From the IMG/VR virus record IMGVR_UViG_3300045988_125866: a stretch of DNA of 64,000 nt, one strand, 5' to 3'. Origin of the DNA: a virus. A program made the translations under genes and the position numbers. Positions 16,972-25,657 of the stretch are shown here, piece by piece. Within the stretch, counting starts at the first letter, position 1; every line of letters begins with the position of its first letter. Below the pieces are notes generated by a model. It saw only the letters and a list, made by a program, of their open reading frames with translations, made no database searches and was not told where the DNA came from.

Positions 16972-17973
16972 ATGGAAAAAGAAATTAACATAGCGGAAAT
17001 CCTGAAGGATAAACCGCAAGGTACTAAATTATATGATTGGCTGTATAATGTAGATGTAGAGTTAGATACAATCAGCAATACAGATACAGAAACAGTAGTT
17101 TGGTGTACAAATAAGACCGATAATAATACTACTTGCCATCGTGGTTATTCCCGAATTGGTACAGTAAGAGGATGTCCTGATGGTTTACAGATCCTTCTTC
17201 CTTCAAAATCAATGCGAGATTGGTCTAAGCTCGCCTGGAAGATAGGTGATTTACTTACCAATGAATGTGGATTTCAGTGCATTTTCAAAGAATGGGCATC
17301 TGATGATTACACGAAGTTCAATGGATGTTATTCTAATAGTAGGGATGGTTATGAAGATGTGTTAAATACCGAAACCGCTAAGTTTGAGAAGTTAGATGAC
17401 AATATTGCACATGATTATATCAAAGAAATTGAAAGAAAATTGGGTGGTAAGCTTAACCTTGAGACTTTGGAGATTGAAAAGCAGCCTGAGTTCAAGGATG
17501 GGGATATACTTAGCATCCAAGAAGATGAAGAATATTATCATACAATTTTAATCTTCAAAGGAGGTGCAGATGTCTATGTGTATTTTGATTGTTTTCATAG
17601 GGTTTTAACCTATGGTACAAAAGTAGATGGAAACGAGAAATCTATATATCACCTTGCTACAGAAGAAGAGAAACAACAACTCTTTACCGCTCTTGCAAAG
17701 GAAGGCAAGGCTTGGGATGCTGAGAAGAAACAGATTGTTGATTTGAAGCCAAAGTGGACTCCAAAGCCATTTGACAGATGTATTTGGAAGATACGGAATT
17801 GTGAAGGCTCTATATGGCAAGCAAGTTTCGTTTCTTATGTTGATGAGTATGGTGCTACTCCAATGGGTATGTCTATAGATGAAGATTTGGTTAACTTAAT
17901 TATCCTTCCTTATAACGACCAGACTAAGCTCATCGTGGGTACTACAGATGAAGGGGAAGGAGGTGAGCAATGA
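16972..17973 (+). CDS. hypothetical protein
   Basis: 333-aa ORF. No domain recognised. Confidence 0.5.
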   Translation: MEKEINIAEILKDKPQGTKLYDWLYNVDVELDTISNTDTETVVWCTNKTDNNTTCHRGYSRIGTVRGCPDGLQILLPSKSMRDWSKLAWKIGDLLTNECGFQCIFKEWASDDYTKFNGCYSNSRDGYEDVLNTETAKFEKLDDNIAHDYIKEIERKLGGKLNLETLEIEKQPEFKDGDILSIQEDEEYYHTILIFKGGADVYVYFDCFHRVLTYGTKVDGNEKSIYHLATEEEKQQLFTALAKEGKAWDAEKKQIVDLKPKWTPKPFDRCIWKIRNCEGSIWQASFVSYVDEYGATPMGMSIDEDLVNLIILPYNDQTKLIVGTTDEGEGGEQ

Positions 17974-18302
17974 AAGAACTTAAAGTTGGAGAAAGAATAA
18001 TTTTGGAGGTGGTTGAAGCAACAAGTTTTTCTTGCCAAGACTGCTTCTTCGCAAAGGAAGGGTATGCTTGCCCAGACTACTGCTATAACCGCTTAGACGG
18101 CAAGAATGTAATCTTTAAAGAAGTTAAGGTTCAAAAAAGAAAAATGAAAGAAGACAAATATTCATTAAAGATAAGCCGTAACTCTGGTGATACTACTCTT
18201 GATGGTTATCCAATAGCTACATATTCAAATGATGAATTGAAAATCCTAAAAAGACTGCTTACAAAGGTTTTGGGTGAAGTAAATGAATATATAAAAGAAT
18301 AA
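17970..18302 (+). CDS. hypothetical protein with N-terminal Cys-rich module
   Basis: SCQDCFFAKEGYACPDYCYNRLDGKNVIFKEVK parallels ORF 16340-16960. Confidence 0.5.
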   Translation: MKELKVGERIILEVVEATSFSCQDCFFAKEGYACPDYCYNRLDGKNVIFKEVKVQKRKMKEDKYSLKISRNSGDTTLDGYPIATYSNDELKILKRLLTKVLGEVNEYIKE

Positions 18303-18304
18303 GC

Positions 18305-18637
18305 ATGAATAAAATGGCATTTGGTAAATATAAAGGACAGAATGTTACAAGTGTTCTAAGAAATAACCCATGTTATTTTGAATGGTGTAAAAATAATGTT
18401 CATTGGTTCAAATTCTCTAAAAGAGATTATGAAATATACTTAGAATGGCTGCGAATACATCAAAATCATTTACAATTTACAGGATATGCAGATAATGAGA
18501 AAATTATGGAATTCCTTTTTGAAAAAGTAAAAGAAGGTAAGTTTAATACTTACTCTGATACAGAATATCTTACTAAAGAGACGTGTAGTGAATATCTAAA
18601 AAGTACAAAAGAACATTATTTTAGCAAACGTGTTTAA
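18305..18637 (+). CDS. DUF3820-like protein
   Basis: The N-terminus FGKYKGQNVTSVLRNNPCYFEWC matches the FGKYKG...YL.W signature of DUF3820. Confidence 0.45.
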   Translation: MNKMAFGKYKGQNVTSVLRNNPCYFEWCKNNVHWFKFSKRDYEIYLEWLRIHQNHLQFTGYADNEKIMEFLFEKVKEGKFNTYSDTEYLTKETCSEYLKSTKEHYFSKRV

Positions 18638-18664
18638 CCGCCTTCGGGCATAAATATATAGATT

Positions 18665-18970
18665 ATGACAAAAGAAGACTTAGATGAAAAAGTAGAGGAA
18701 CAACAAAGTATTATTGAACATGCAGAAAATCAGATTTGTTCCTATGTAACACAATACATTGAAACCCTTCCATACAAGGTAGGCGACAAAGTAAGCTGCC
18801 GCAGATGTGATGTATGCTGGATAGCAAGTATTGTTCCTGAGAAATATAGAAACCATTTCACTGGCAATATTGAGGTAAGAGTCAATCCTGCAAAGAAAGA
18901 TGGTACTCGCTCTAATAGAGAGTTCGTACTTTACTATGGAGAAATTGATAGTATCAATAAAATTAACTAA
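18665..18970 (+). CDS. hypothetical protein
   Basis: 101-aa ORF. No domain recognised. Confidence 0.45.
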   Translation: MTKEDLDEKVEEQQSIIEHAENQICSYVTQYIETLPYKVGDKVSCRRCDVCWIASIVPEKYRNHFTGNIEVRVNPAKKDGTRSNREFVLYYGEIDSINKIN

Positions 18971-19001
18971 CCATCCTGCAAAGGATATAAATAGATAGAA
19001 T

Positions 19002-19934
19002 ATGAGTAAAAAAGTAATCAAATCGTACAAGGCATTCGACAAGAATATGCAATGCCGAGGATTCCAGTACGAAGTTGGAAAAGAGTATGAAATGGACGGA
19101 GAAATCAAGTGTTGTAAACGAGGTTTCCATGCTTGCAAGTCTCCTTTGGAAGTATGGGACCACTACGATATGCTTAGCTCTCGCTTTGCAGAGGTAGAGC
19201 AATCTGGTAAGATTGAGGAAGAAGGAAATTCAACAAAGGTTTGTTCTTCACATATCAAGATTAAGGCTGAGTTGAAGCTGGCAGACATCATTAAGATCGG
19301 TGTCGAGTGGTTGAAAGATATTACCTCACCGTCAAAGGTTAAGACAGATATTGCGAAGAATGATAACGGAGGCGACTCTGCTAAGATTGGCTCATCAGGC
19401 TACTCTGCTAAGATTGGCTCATCAGGCGACTTTGCTAAGATTGGCTCATCAGGCGACTCTGCTAAGATTGGCTCATCAGGCTACTATGCTCAGATTGGCT
19501 CATCAGGCGACTATGCTAAGATTGGCTCATCAGGCGACTCTGCTCAGATTGGCTCATCAGGCGACTCTGCTAAGATTGGCTCATCAGGCGACTATGCTAA
19601 GATTGGCTCATCAGGCTACTATGCTCAGATTGGCTCATCAGGCGACTCTGCTAAGATTGGCTCATCAGGCGACTATGCTCAGATTGGCTCATCAGGCGAC
19701 TCTGCTAAGATTAATAGCACTGGAGAAGATTCTGTTATCATGTGTGCTGGCAATAAATCCAGAGCGAAAGCAAAGGTTGGCTCATGGATAACGCTTGCAG
19801 AATGGGAATGGAATGACGAGAAGAACCATTATGTTCCAGTGTGCGTTAAGACAGAGTACGTTGATGGAAATAATATCAAGGCTGATACTTGGTATCAACT
19901 CAAAAACGGAGAATTCGTTGAAGTAACTAAGTAA
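19002..19934 (+). CDS. repeat protein (nonapeptide GSSGD[SY]A[KQ]I array)
   Basis: 310 aa. The conserved N-terminal module is KAFDKNMQCRGFQYEVGKEYE..CKRGFHAC. The central part is 12 near-identical 9-aa repeats. Confidence 0.6.
   Translation: MSKKVIKSYKAFDKNMQCRGFQYEVGKEYEMDGEIKCCKRGFHACKSPLEVWDHYDMLSSRFAEVEQSGKIEEEGNSTKVCSSHIKIKAELKLADIIKIGVEWLKDITSPSKVKTDIAKNDNGGDSAKIGSSGYSAKIGSSGDFAKIGSSGDSAKIGSSGYYAQIGSSGDYAKIGSSGDSAQIGSSGDSAKIGSSGDYAKIGSSGYYAQIGSSGDSAKIGSSGDYAQIGSSGDSAKINSTGEDSVIMCAGNKSRAKAKVGSWITLAEWEWNDEKNHYVPVCVKTEYVDGNNIKADTWYQLKNGEFVEVTK
19371..19712 (+). repeat. 27-bp tandem repeat, 12 full copies plus a partial one
   Basis: Unit ggcgactctgctaagattggctcatca in strict 27-nt register from 19371. 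Variation is confined to 3-4 positions per unit. Confidence 0.9.
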
Positions 19935-19980
19935 CTAACCACCCTCTCCTGTAAAAGGGAGAGGGTAAAAAGAAGAGGAT

Positions 19981-20448
19981 ATGAAGAAAAGGATATTAGA
20001 TATGTGCTGCGGCTCACGTATGTTTTATTTCGACAAGCAAGACCCCAATGTACTTTTCGCAGATATAAGAGAAGTTCATGATACTTTGTGTGATGGCAGG
20101 AAATTGGATGTGATGCCCGATATAATTGCCGATTGCACTAATTTGCCATTTGAAGATGAAGCATTTGATATGGTAGTTTTTGACCCTCCTCATCTGTTAA
20201 AAGTAGGTCAGAACTCCTGGCTATGCAAGAAATATGGTAAGCTGCCCGAAAACTGGCAAGCATTCATCAACGACTCAATCCACGAAGGTATGAGAGTACT
20301 AAAAACAAATGGAACGCTAATATTCAAGTGGAACGAAAATCAGATAAAGGTTCACGACATACTCAATGCGATTACTGATTATAAGCCGATATTCGGGCAT
20401 CGCACTACGTCTAAGAATCAAACTGTTTGGATGGCGTTCTTAAAGTAA
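19981..20448 (+). CDS. SAM-dependent methyltransferase (probable DNA MTase, DPPH motif)
   Basis: Motif I-like ILDMCCGS and motif IV-like VVFDPPHL. Small (155 aa) orphan enzyme. Confidence 0.55.
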   Translation: MKKRILDMCCGSRMFYFDKQDPNVLFADIREVHDTLCDGRKLDVMPDIIADCTNLPFEDEAFDMVVFDPPHLLKVGQNSWLCKKYGKLPENWQAFINDSIHEGMRVLKTNGTLIFKWNENQIKVHDILNAITDYKPIFGHRTTSKNQTVWMAFLK

Positions 20449-20480
20449 TTATAATAATACAAAGAGCTGGAGGATTGATT

Positions 20481-20885
20481 ATGACAAGAGAAGAAGTGAA
20501 ACAGCTATTGCCTATTTGGGTAGCTTTTGCCGAAGGAAAGGTAATTGAGTGTAGGGCAAAACCAGGAACTATAAGCGCCGGTATTCCGAATGAATGGACC
20601 GAAATGAAAGAAATTGGTTTTTGGAATGGTATAGAGTATCGTATCAAGCCAGAGTCAAAGTATCGTCCATTCAAGAACGCAGAAGAGTGTTGGCTGGAAA
20701 TGCTGAAGCATCAACCTTTTGGATATACGTATGATAGGTTTAATAATATAAGAGATTGTATCACAAAGGTGGCTACTACTGGTGTTTCGTACGATTCGCC
20801 AACTGTTGTTATATCTTTCGAAGAGGTTTTCGATAGATTTGTTTTTGCTGACGGAGTTCCTTTTGGCGTAAAAGTGGAGGAATAA
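20481..20885 (+). CDS. hypothetical protein
   Basis: Start moved to MTREEVKQ. No domain recognised. Confidence 0.45.
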   Translation: MTREEVKQLLPIWVAFAEGKVIECRAKPGTISAGIPNEWTEMKEIGFWNGIEYRIKPESKYRPFKNAEECWLEMLKHQPFGYTYDRFNNIRDCITKVATTGVSYDSPTVVISFEEVFDRFVFADGVPFGVKVEE

Positions 20886-20934
20886 TATAGCTTGGTGTTT
20901 TTGCGATAAGACCGAGATTAAAACCAAAAAAATT

Positions 20935-21744
20935 ATGGAAGAATCTTTAGCTAAAAAAATAGATGCTGCGATAAAATTGCTTCAATCAACATGCAAAAAT
21001 GAAGTCGTTGAGCTTTGCTATTCGGGGGGAAAAGACTCTGATGTGATACTTATGCTCGCAAAATTGGCTGGTATTAAATATCGTGCTATATATAGATGTA
21101 CTACCATAGACCCTCCTGGAACCATTGCGCATTGCATCGAAAATAATGTTGAAATAATTAGACCTTCAAAATCTTTTTTGAATCTTATAAGAGAAAAAGG
21201 ATTTCCAACCCGAAGGGTAAGATTTTGTTGCGAGAAACTGAAAGAATACAAAATTTTAGATAGGGCAATACAAGGCATAAGAAGATGTGAAAGTTATAAA
21301 AGAGCAAAAAATTACAAAGAGCCTACAATATGCAGAATATATGGTTCTAAGAAAAATTGCGTTGAAGTTATATTGCCAATATTAAATTTTTCAGATAAAG
21401 ATATTGAAAACTTTATAATTGAATACAAGATTAAATTGCATCCATTATATTACAATGCCGATGGAAGCTTAAATATAAAAAAAAGATTAGGTTGTATGGG
21501 TTGCCCATTAGCTTCTGATAAAGGATTGTCAGATTTCAAAAGCTATCCTTTGCTTGTTAAAGCATGGATAAGAAATGGGTTAATTTGGTGGAATAACCAT
21601 CCTAAAGCAGCTTGTCATAAGAAATACGAATCTATATACGAACTTTTCGTGTCTAACGTATTTTTTAAATCGTTGGCAGAAACAAAACTTGCTATAGATG
21701 GTGGTTTATTCGGAGAAAAAAATAGACTGCAAGAAATTTCTTGA
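20935..21744 (+). CDS. PAPS-reductase-like PP-loop protein
   Basis: PP-loop SGGKDS in ELCYSGGKDSDVIL, plus a Cys-rich C-terminal half (RFCCEKLKE, LGCMGCPLA). Confidence 0.7.
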   Translation: MEESLAKKIDAAIKLLQSTCKNEVVELCYSGGKDSDVILMLAKLAGIKYRAIYRCTTIDPPGTIAHCIENNVEIIRPSKSFLNLIREKGFPTRRVRFCCEKLKEYKILDRAIQGIRRCESYKRAKNYKEPTICRIYGSKKNCVEVILPILNFSDKDIENFIIEYKIKLHPLYYNADGSLNIKKRLGCMGCPLASDKGLSDFKSYPLLVKAWIRNGLIWWNNHPKAACHKKYESIYELFVSNVFFKSLAETKLAIDGGLFGEKNRLQEIS

Positions 21745-21872
21745 AGATTATTTTAATATTAAATTTGAATAGTATGGCGTATTGTTTGTGTGATTTTTGC
21801 GATTACAAGGATAAGTGTAAGTACTATCGAAAGGTAGTTGTTTGTCCTTATTTGAAAGAGGAGGAATAGTAT

Positions 21873-22058
21873 ATGAACCAAGAATATATAATACACAAAG
21901 AGCTGAAAGATATGCTTGTATATTGGTTTGAGGACATTGAGGAACTTAGTAGTAAGCTAACAAGTGGAAATGTTTCTCATCAAGGAGCAACTATTAGAAA
22001 CAAGGCTATAAGATGTTCTAAGTTTATCAAGGAGTTTTGTAAAACTAAGGAGGATTAG
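21873..22058 (+). CDS. hypothetical protein
   Basis: 61-aa ORF in the early operon. Confidence 0.4.
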   Translation: MNQEYIIHKELKDMLVYWFEDIEELSSKLTSGNVSHQGATIRNKAIRCSKFIKEFCKTKED

Positions 22059-22060
22059 TT

Positions 22061-22261
22061 ATGGCATGGGTAGCAGTTAATAGGTATGGTGACGAATACA
22101 TCTATGAAGCAATGCCAGAACGTTTTTATTGTGTATGGGCGCCAACATTTTGTGAATACGAAAATAGAGTGTACGACTACGTAGAACTTCCCAAAGGCAG
22201 CATTAAGAAGCTCATCGGAAGAGAATTATCCTGGAACGATGAGCCAGTAGAACTTAAATAA
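22061..22261 (+). CDS. hypothetical protein
   Basis: 66-aa ORF starting 2 nt after the previous stop. Confidence 0.45.
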   Translation: MAWVAVNRYGDEYIYEAMPERFYCVWAPTFCEYENRVYDYVELPKGSIKKLIGRELSWNDEPVELK

Positions 22262-22270
22262 TTATAGCTT

Positions 22271-22411
22271 ATGAAAAGTATATTCTCTATGTTTGCTTAT
22301 TGGGATAGGGTACATCAATTCCAAGACGGACATATCAAAGTGGAAAGAAACCTTGCTTGGAGAAGAAAGTATCTTCATGTTCGTAATAGTAATAAACAAT
22401 TAATCTTTTAG
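22271..22411 (+). CDS. hypothetical small protein (46 aa)
   Basis: ATG at 22271. The junction motif ttagtgtATG is repeated at the next gene. Below the ORF-track cutoff. Confidence 0.3.
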   Translation: MKSIFSMFAYWDRVHQFQDGHIKVERNLAWRRKYLHVRNSNKQLIF

Positions 22412-22414
22412 TGT

Positions 22415-22591
22415 ATGAAAGAAGAAACAAGAAAAGTTGTAGTTCTCGATTGGGAAGATAAAATCAAGCTACAACAAGTTATCAAGGACTTGGAACAAGT
22501 TGCTGATACCTATCAAAGCCCCTGCAAGGAGCTTACTGGTATCAACAATACACTTTACTATCTCAAAACGATTGAGGAGAAAATTAATTAG
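22415..22591 (+). CDS. hypothetical small protein (58 aa)
   Basis: Sequence MKEETRKVVVLDWEDKIKLQQVIKDLEQ... Tightly packed between neighbouring genes. Confidence 0.35.
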   Translation: MKEETRKVVVLDWEDKIKLQQVIKDLEQVADTYQSPCKELTGINNTLYYLKTIEEKIN

Positions 22592-22594
22592 TGT

Positions 22595-22951
22595 ATGGAA
22601 AGACAAATAACAATTAGCATAGAAGAGTATAATAAGCTCATTGATATGCACACAAAAAGAGAGGAACTTCCCAAAAAGATAGAAGTAAAGAAGTATACCT
22701 CAAAGTGGTGGAGATGTATTAAACATGCATCGTATTCACTCTTTCATTATAACAAGAATGTGGAGCAACAAAAGCTCATCAAGTATTGCATCAATGAAAT
22801 GTCAAGAGTAATACTCGCTAATCTGTATGGTTATTGGCGAGGCGATTTATCTGATTATCTCAAAAATAGAGACAATTTAGAGTATTTTATGAGAAGTTAT
22901 AAAGATAGTGCCTATCATAACATAATGGAATGGTTAGATAAAAAGAAGTAG
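22595..22951 (+). CDS. hypothetical protein
   Basis: 118-aa ORF. Confidence 0.45.
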   Translation: MERQITISIEEYNKLIDMHTKREELPKKIEVKKYTSKWWRCIKHASYSLFHYNKNVEQQKLIKYCINEMSRVILANLYGYWRGDLSDYLKNRDNLEYFMRSYKDSAYHNIMEWLDKKK

Positions 22952-22954
22952 CGT

Positions 22955-23128
22955 ATGAAGAAGATAAGTTTTAATCTCAAATATCTTATAACCAAATACG
23001 ATTGGTGCATTTATTTCATTCCAAGTTTAATCGTATGGAAGCCTTATAGTGGTGTTTATGAAATTAATGTAGCCTTTCTGCTTTGGGAGTTTAATATTAA
23101 ATATCAATTAAAAAGAAATAAGAAATGA
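22955..23128 (+). CDS. hypothetical small membrane protein (57 aa)
   Basis: MKKISFNLKYLITKYDWCIYFIPSLIVW... ATGA overlap with the next gene. Confidence 0.3.
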   Translation: MKKISFNLKYLITKYDWCIYFIPSLIVWKPYSGVYEINVAFLLWEFNIKYQLKRNKK

Positions 23129-23319
23129 AGAAGGAAATATTTGACTTCTCAGAGGCTTTAAAGCGTATGAGAAAAGGAAAGCTCGTAAAGCGTGAAAATG
23201 GGCTTTATCCGTTTGGTATTGACGAGGAAGGAATATTCTATCATTATGGGCATCATATATTCAAGGAAGAAAGAATGCTCTCAGAGGATATACTTGCAAC
23301 AGACTGGGAGGAGGTGTAA
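23125..23319 (+). CDS. short DUF2829-family (Tad2-like) protein
   Basis: The N-terminus FDFSEALKRMRKGKLVKRE and the C-terminus LSEDILATDWEEV match the two signature ends of DUF2829. At 64 aa it is shorter than typical members. Confidence 0.5.
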   Translation: MKKEIFDFSEALKRMRKGKLVKRENGLYPFGIDEEGIFYHYGHHIFKEERMLSEDILATDWEEV

Positions 23320-23321
23320 AG

Positions 23322-23699
23322 ATGGAGAAGAAAACATTGACCCTCAACGTCAGCAAGCAATGGTTCGATATGATAGTATCGGGCGAAAAGACCGAGGAAT
23401 ATCGAGTTATTAAGCCATATTGGGTAGTACGATTTTTCCAAAATAACAACAATACTGTTGACGTGAAAGATTTAGCTTCGTGTTTGGCTGGGAGAACAGA
23501 TTTGCTTAAAGGATATATTAATACGCAAAGAATTATATTGAAGCCATATACCCACGTTCTCTTCGTAAAAGGCTATCCGAAAGGTAATAAGCCGTCCGTT
23601 GAGAAGGAGATTGATAGTATATCAATCGGTAAGCCGAAGAGGGGTTTATGTCCTGATAAGTGGCTTGATACAGAGTTTTTCATAATTAAGTTTAAGTAG
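23322..23699 (+). CDS. ASCH-domain protein
   Basis: LTLNVSKQWFDMIVSGEKTEEYRVIKPYW fits the ASCH fold signature. Confidence 0.55.
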   Translation: MEKKTLTLNVSKQWFDMIVSGEKTEEYRVIKPYWVVRFFQNNNNTVDVKDLASCLAGRTDLLKGYINTQRIILKPYTHVLFVKGYPKGNKPSVEKEIDSISIGKPKRGLCPDKWLDTEFFIIKFK

Positions 23700-23702
23700 C
23701 GT

Positions 23703-23939
23703 ATGACAAATAAAGAATTTTTTAATGCGCATTGTGGAGAGCCTGTTCTTTATAAAGGTAAGGACATTGGCGCATACGTGGCAGGGTATATAGAAGAAAA
23801 GTATATCATCTTAGGTTTTGATGATTATACAGGCTGCATTCAGTTCTTCACATCTAAAGTGCATAAAACGCTTGGTGGAATATATAACTCATACCGATTC
23901 GCAAAATTGAAGTATTTGGAAGTGATAAAACATCGGTAA
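23703..23939 (+). CDS. hypothetical protein
   Basis: 78-aa ORF. Confidence 0.45.
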   Translation: MTNKEFFNAHCGEPVLYKGKDIGAYVAGYIEEKYIILGFDDYTGCIQFFTSKVHKTLGGIYNSYRFAKLKYLEVIKHR

Positions 23940-24087
23940 TATGGAAAAATAAGAAAAATGTTGCGGCAACTGCCTTTGGATGGGATGCGAAGACATCTTA
24001 GGCAATGGATGGTGCTCCAAAAAAGATTGCGAAACATCTTGTGATAAGGTTTGCAAGAAACATGAATTTTAAACTTTAAATATTAAA

Positions 24088-24459
24088 ATGGAAAATAAAG
24101 AATTGACTCTTAATGAGTATCAGAAGGCAGCAATGACTACTTGCATGTCTAGTTGTGAGAACTTTAGCTACATGGTCCTTAATCTTATGGGTGAACTTGG
24201 AGAGTTTACTTCAAAGATTGGTAAGCTTATCAGAAAAGGAAAAGCTCACATCGAAAACAACAAGTTAGTGGTTCACGACGATGTTGAGTGTGTAGATTTT
24301 GAGGCAATCCGCGCAGAACTCGGTGACTGTTTTTGGCAGTTAAACGGAATCTGTTCTGTATTAGGATATAACGTAAATTCTATATGCAGGGAAAACTTAA
24401 AAAAACTTGCATCTCGAAAGGATAGAGGCAAGATAGACGGTAATGGTGATTTTAGATAG
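24088..24459 (+). CDS. MazG-like nucleotide pyrophosphohydrolase
   Basis: LTLNEYQKAAMTT .. LMGELGEF .. ELGDCFWQL matches the all-alpha NTP-PPase (MazG) motifs. Confidence 0.6.
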   Translation: MENKELTLNEYQKAAMTTCMSSCENFSYMVLNLMGELGEFTSKIGKLIRKGKAHIENNKLVVHDDVECVDFEAIRAELGDCFWQLNGICSVLGYNVNSICRENLKKLASRKDRGKIDGNGDFR

Positions 24460-24540
24460 CCTATGAACGTGAAAGAAGCACTACAAGACAGAGTACGGCA
24501 TTAGCTTCCTCCATGGAAGCTGAAGATTATCTATACGCTT

Positions 24541-24580
24541 AGGGGTGGCTACACGTTATGTGCGGTCACCCCTTTTTTTG
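24541..24580. terminator. bidirectional terminator at the early/lysis convergence
   Basis: Stem AGGGGTG (24541-24547) / CACCCCT (24567-24573) followed by TTTTTTT. Confidence 0.7.
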
Positions 24581-24631
24581 TTTGTAAATCAACTAATAAC
24601 CAATAAAAACATCAGAAAAAACTAAGAACGT

Positions 24632-25219
24632 TTAATGTAGCTTTAATTTCCAGTAAATCCAACCTAAAAACGCGAGAACGCCTATAAAAAGACAAGCTGA
24701 TGCAATCTTACCTATATTCAAGAAAACTCTGTCTGTCTTTGATAGTTGTTTCTCGACATATACTTTATCTTTCGATATTTTACTTATCACTGAGATTAAG
24801 GAGTCGCACTTGCTATGATACATCGTCGTACTATCCTTGTATTCTTTAAGGCTCGAAATACTATCTCTCAGTATCTGTACATCTTCCTGTGATAGCTCGT
24901 GATATTCGTAGTGAAATCTGTCTTCGCCGACTTTGTTTCCGTTCGCATCGTACTTCGAAGCTGTGCTGTCCCTTATATGCGTCTTCTCTTTTGTGGTGGA
25001 TTTAACGGATTCATTATGCGATGCTTTATAAGATTCCAGTTCCTTAATAAGCCTTGCGTTAAAGAGCGAATCCCACTTAGCCTCGTTACGTTTATCAGAG
25101 ATGTATGTCTGTTTTTCTATCACGCGCTCTTTCGCCTTACATCTACAGAACATTGATAGAATCAGCATTGCTACTGCAATAGCAATTACAACTCTTGTTA
25201 TCTTATCAACCAGTTTCAT
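24632..25219 (-). CDS. membrane-anchored coiled-coil protein (spanin-position)
   Basis: N- and C-terminal hydrophobic helices flank a long charged helix. Last gene of the lysis cluster. Confidence 0.3.
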   Translation of the reverse strand: MKLVDKITRVVIAIAVAMLILSMFCRCKAKERVIEKQTYISDKRNEAKWDSLFNARLIKELESYKASHNESVKSTTKEKTHIRDSTASKYDANGNKVGEDRFHYEYHELSQEDVQILRDSISSLKEYKDSTTMYHSKCDSLISVISKISKDKVYVEKQLSKTDRVFLNIGKIASACLFIGVLAFLGWIYWKLKLH

Positions 25220-25222
25220 AAG

Positions 25223-25657
25223 CTACTGAATTACAATCGTTACTTTTTCCTTTTTATCCCAAGCAGTCTTCATGGTCTGAATGAGCTTGCTTGTCCAGAA
25301 TCTGGAATCGCTAACCCATCCTTTCTTATCGTTTTTACCGACAAGAATACACCCCTCAGTGTCTTTTGCAGAGTTACCGCTATGTATGCGTACCCCACCA
25401 AATCCTTTGACGTTCAGAAGCAATGGCAACATCTTCTTGAACCGGTTAGAGTAGGTGTATACACATTCGTAGCTGCCGCTTGGTATCGCAGTCTGCCCAT
25501 ACACCTTTTTGTTCTTGATTTTGTTCAATTCCATTTCTTGATTCAGCCCTCTGTCTGTATCCTCAAGAGTGTTGCATCCGAACAAATTACCATTCACGTA
25601 CAGACGACTGATAGTATAGTCGTCCTTTTTCCAGGCCCTATCAATTAGTACTTCCAT
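25223..25657 (-). CDS. putative cell-wall hydrolase (DUF5675-like), lysis cassette position
   Basis: The ORF extends to 25684; the MEVLIDRAW start at 25657 is preferred. The motif VRIHSGNSAKDTEGCILVGKN is recalled from DUF5675 phage proteins. Function is inferred from position. Confidence 0.3.
   Translation of the reverse strand: MEVLIDRAWKKDDYTISRLYVNGNLFGCNTLEDTDRGLNQEMELNKIKNKKVYGQTAIPSGSYECVYTYSNRFKKMLPLLLNVKGFGGVRIHSGNSAKDTEGCILVGKNDKKGWVSDSRFWTSKLIQTMKTAWDKKEKVTIVIQ

Noticed and set aside
19371-19712. Possible CRISPR array because of regular short repeats
   Set aside because: The units are directly abutting with no spacers. The 27-bp period keeps the reading frame, and the array lies inside a long ORF.
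19351-19791. 146-aa ORF (ATLLRLAHQ repeats) overlapping the nonapeptide-repeat gene
   Set aside because: This is an alternative reading frame of the same 27-bp tandem repeat. It has no independent start context, and the GSSGDSAKI frame continues into conserved flanking domains.
23940-24071. Cys-rich reading frame (..EKCCGNCLWMGCEDILGNGWCSKKDCETSCDKVCKKHEF*) between two early genes
   Set aside because: The frame is preceded by an in-frame TAA and has only an internal ATG giving 27 aa. Without evidence for recoding it is not annotated as a gene.
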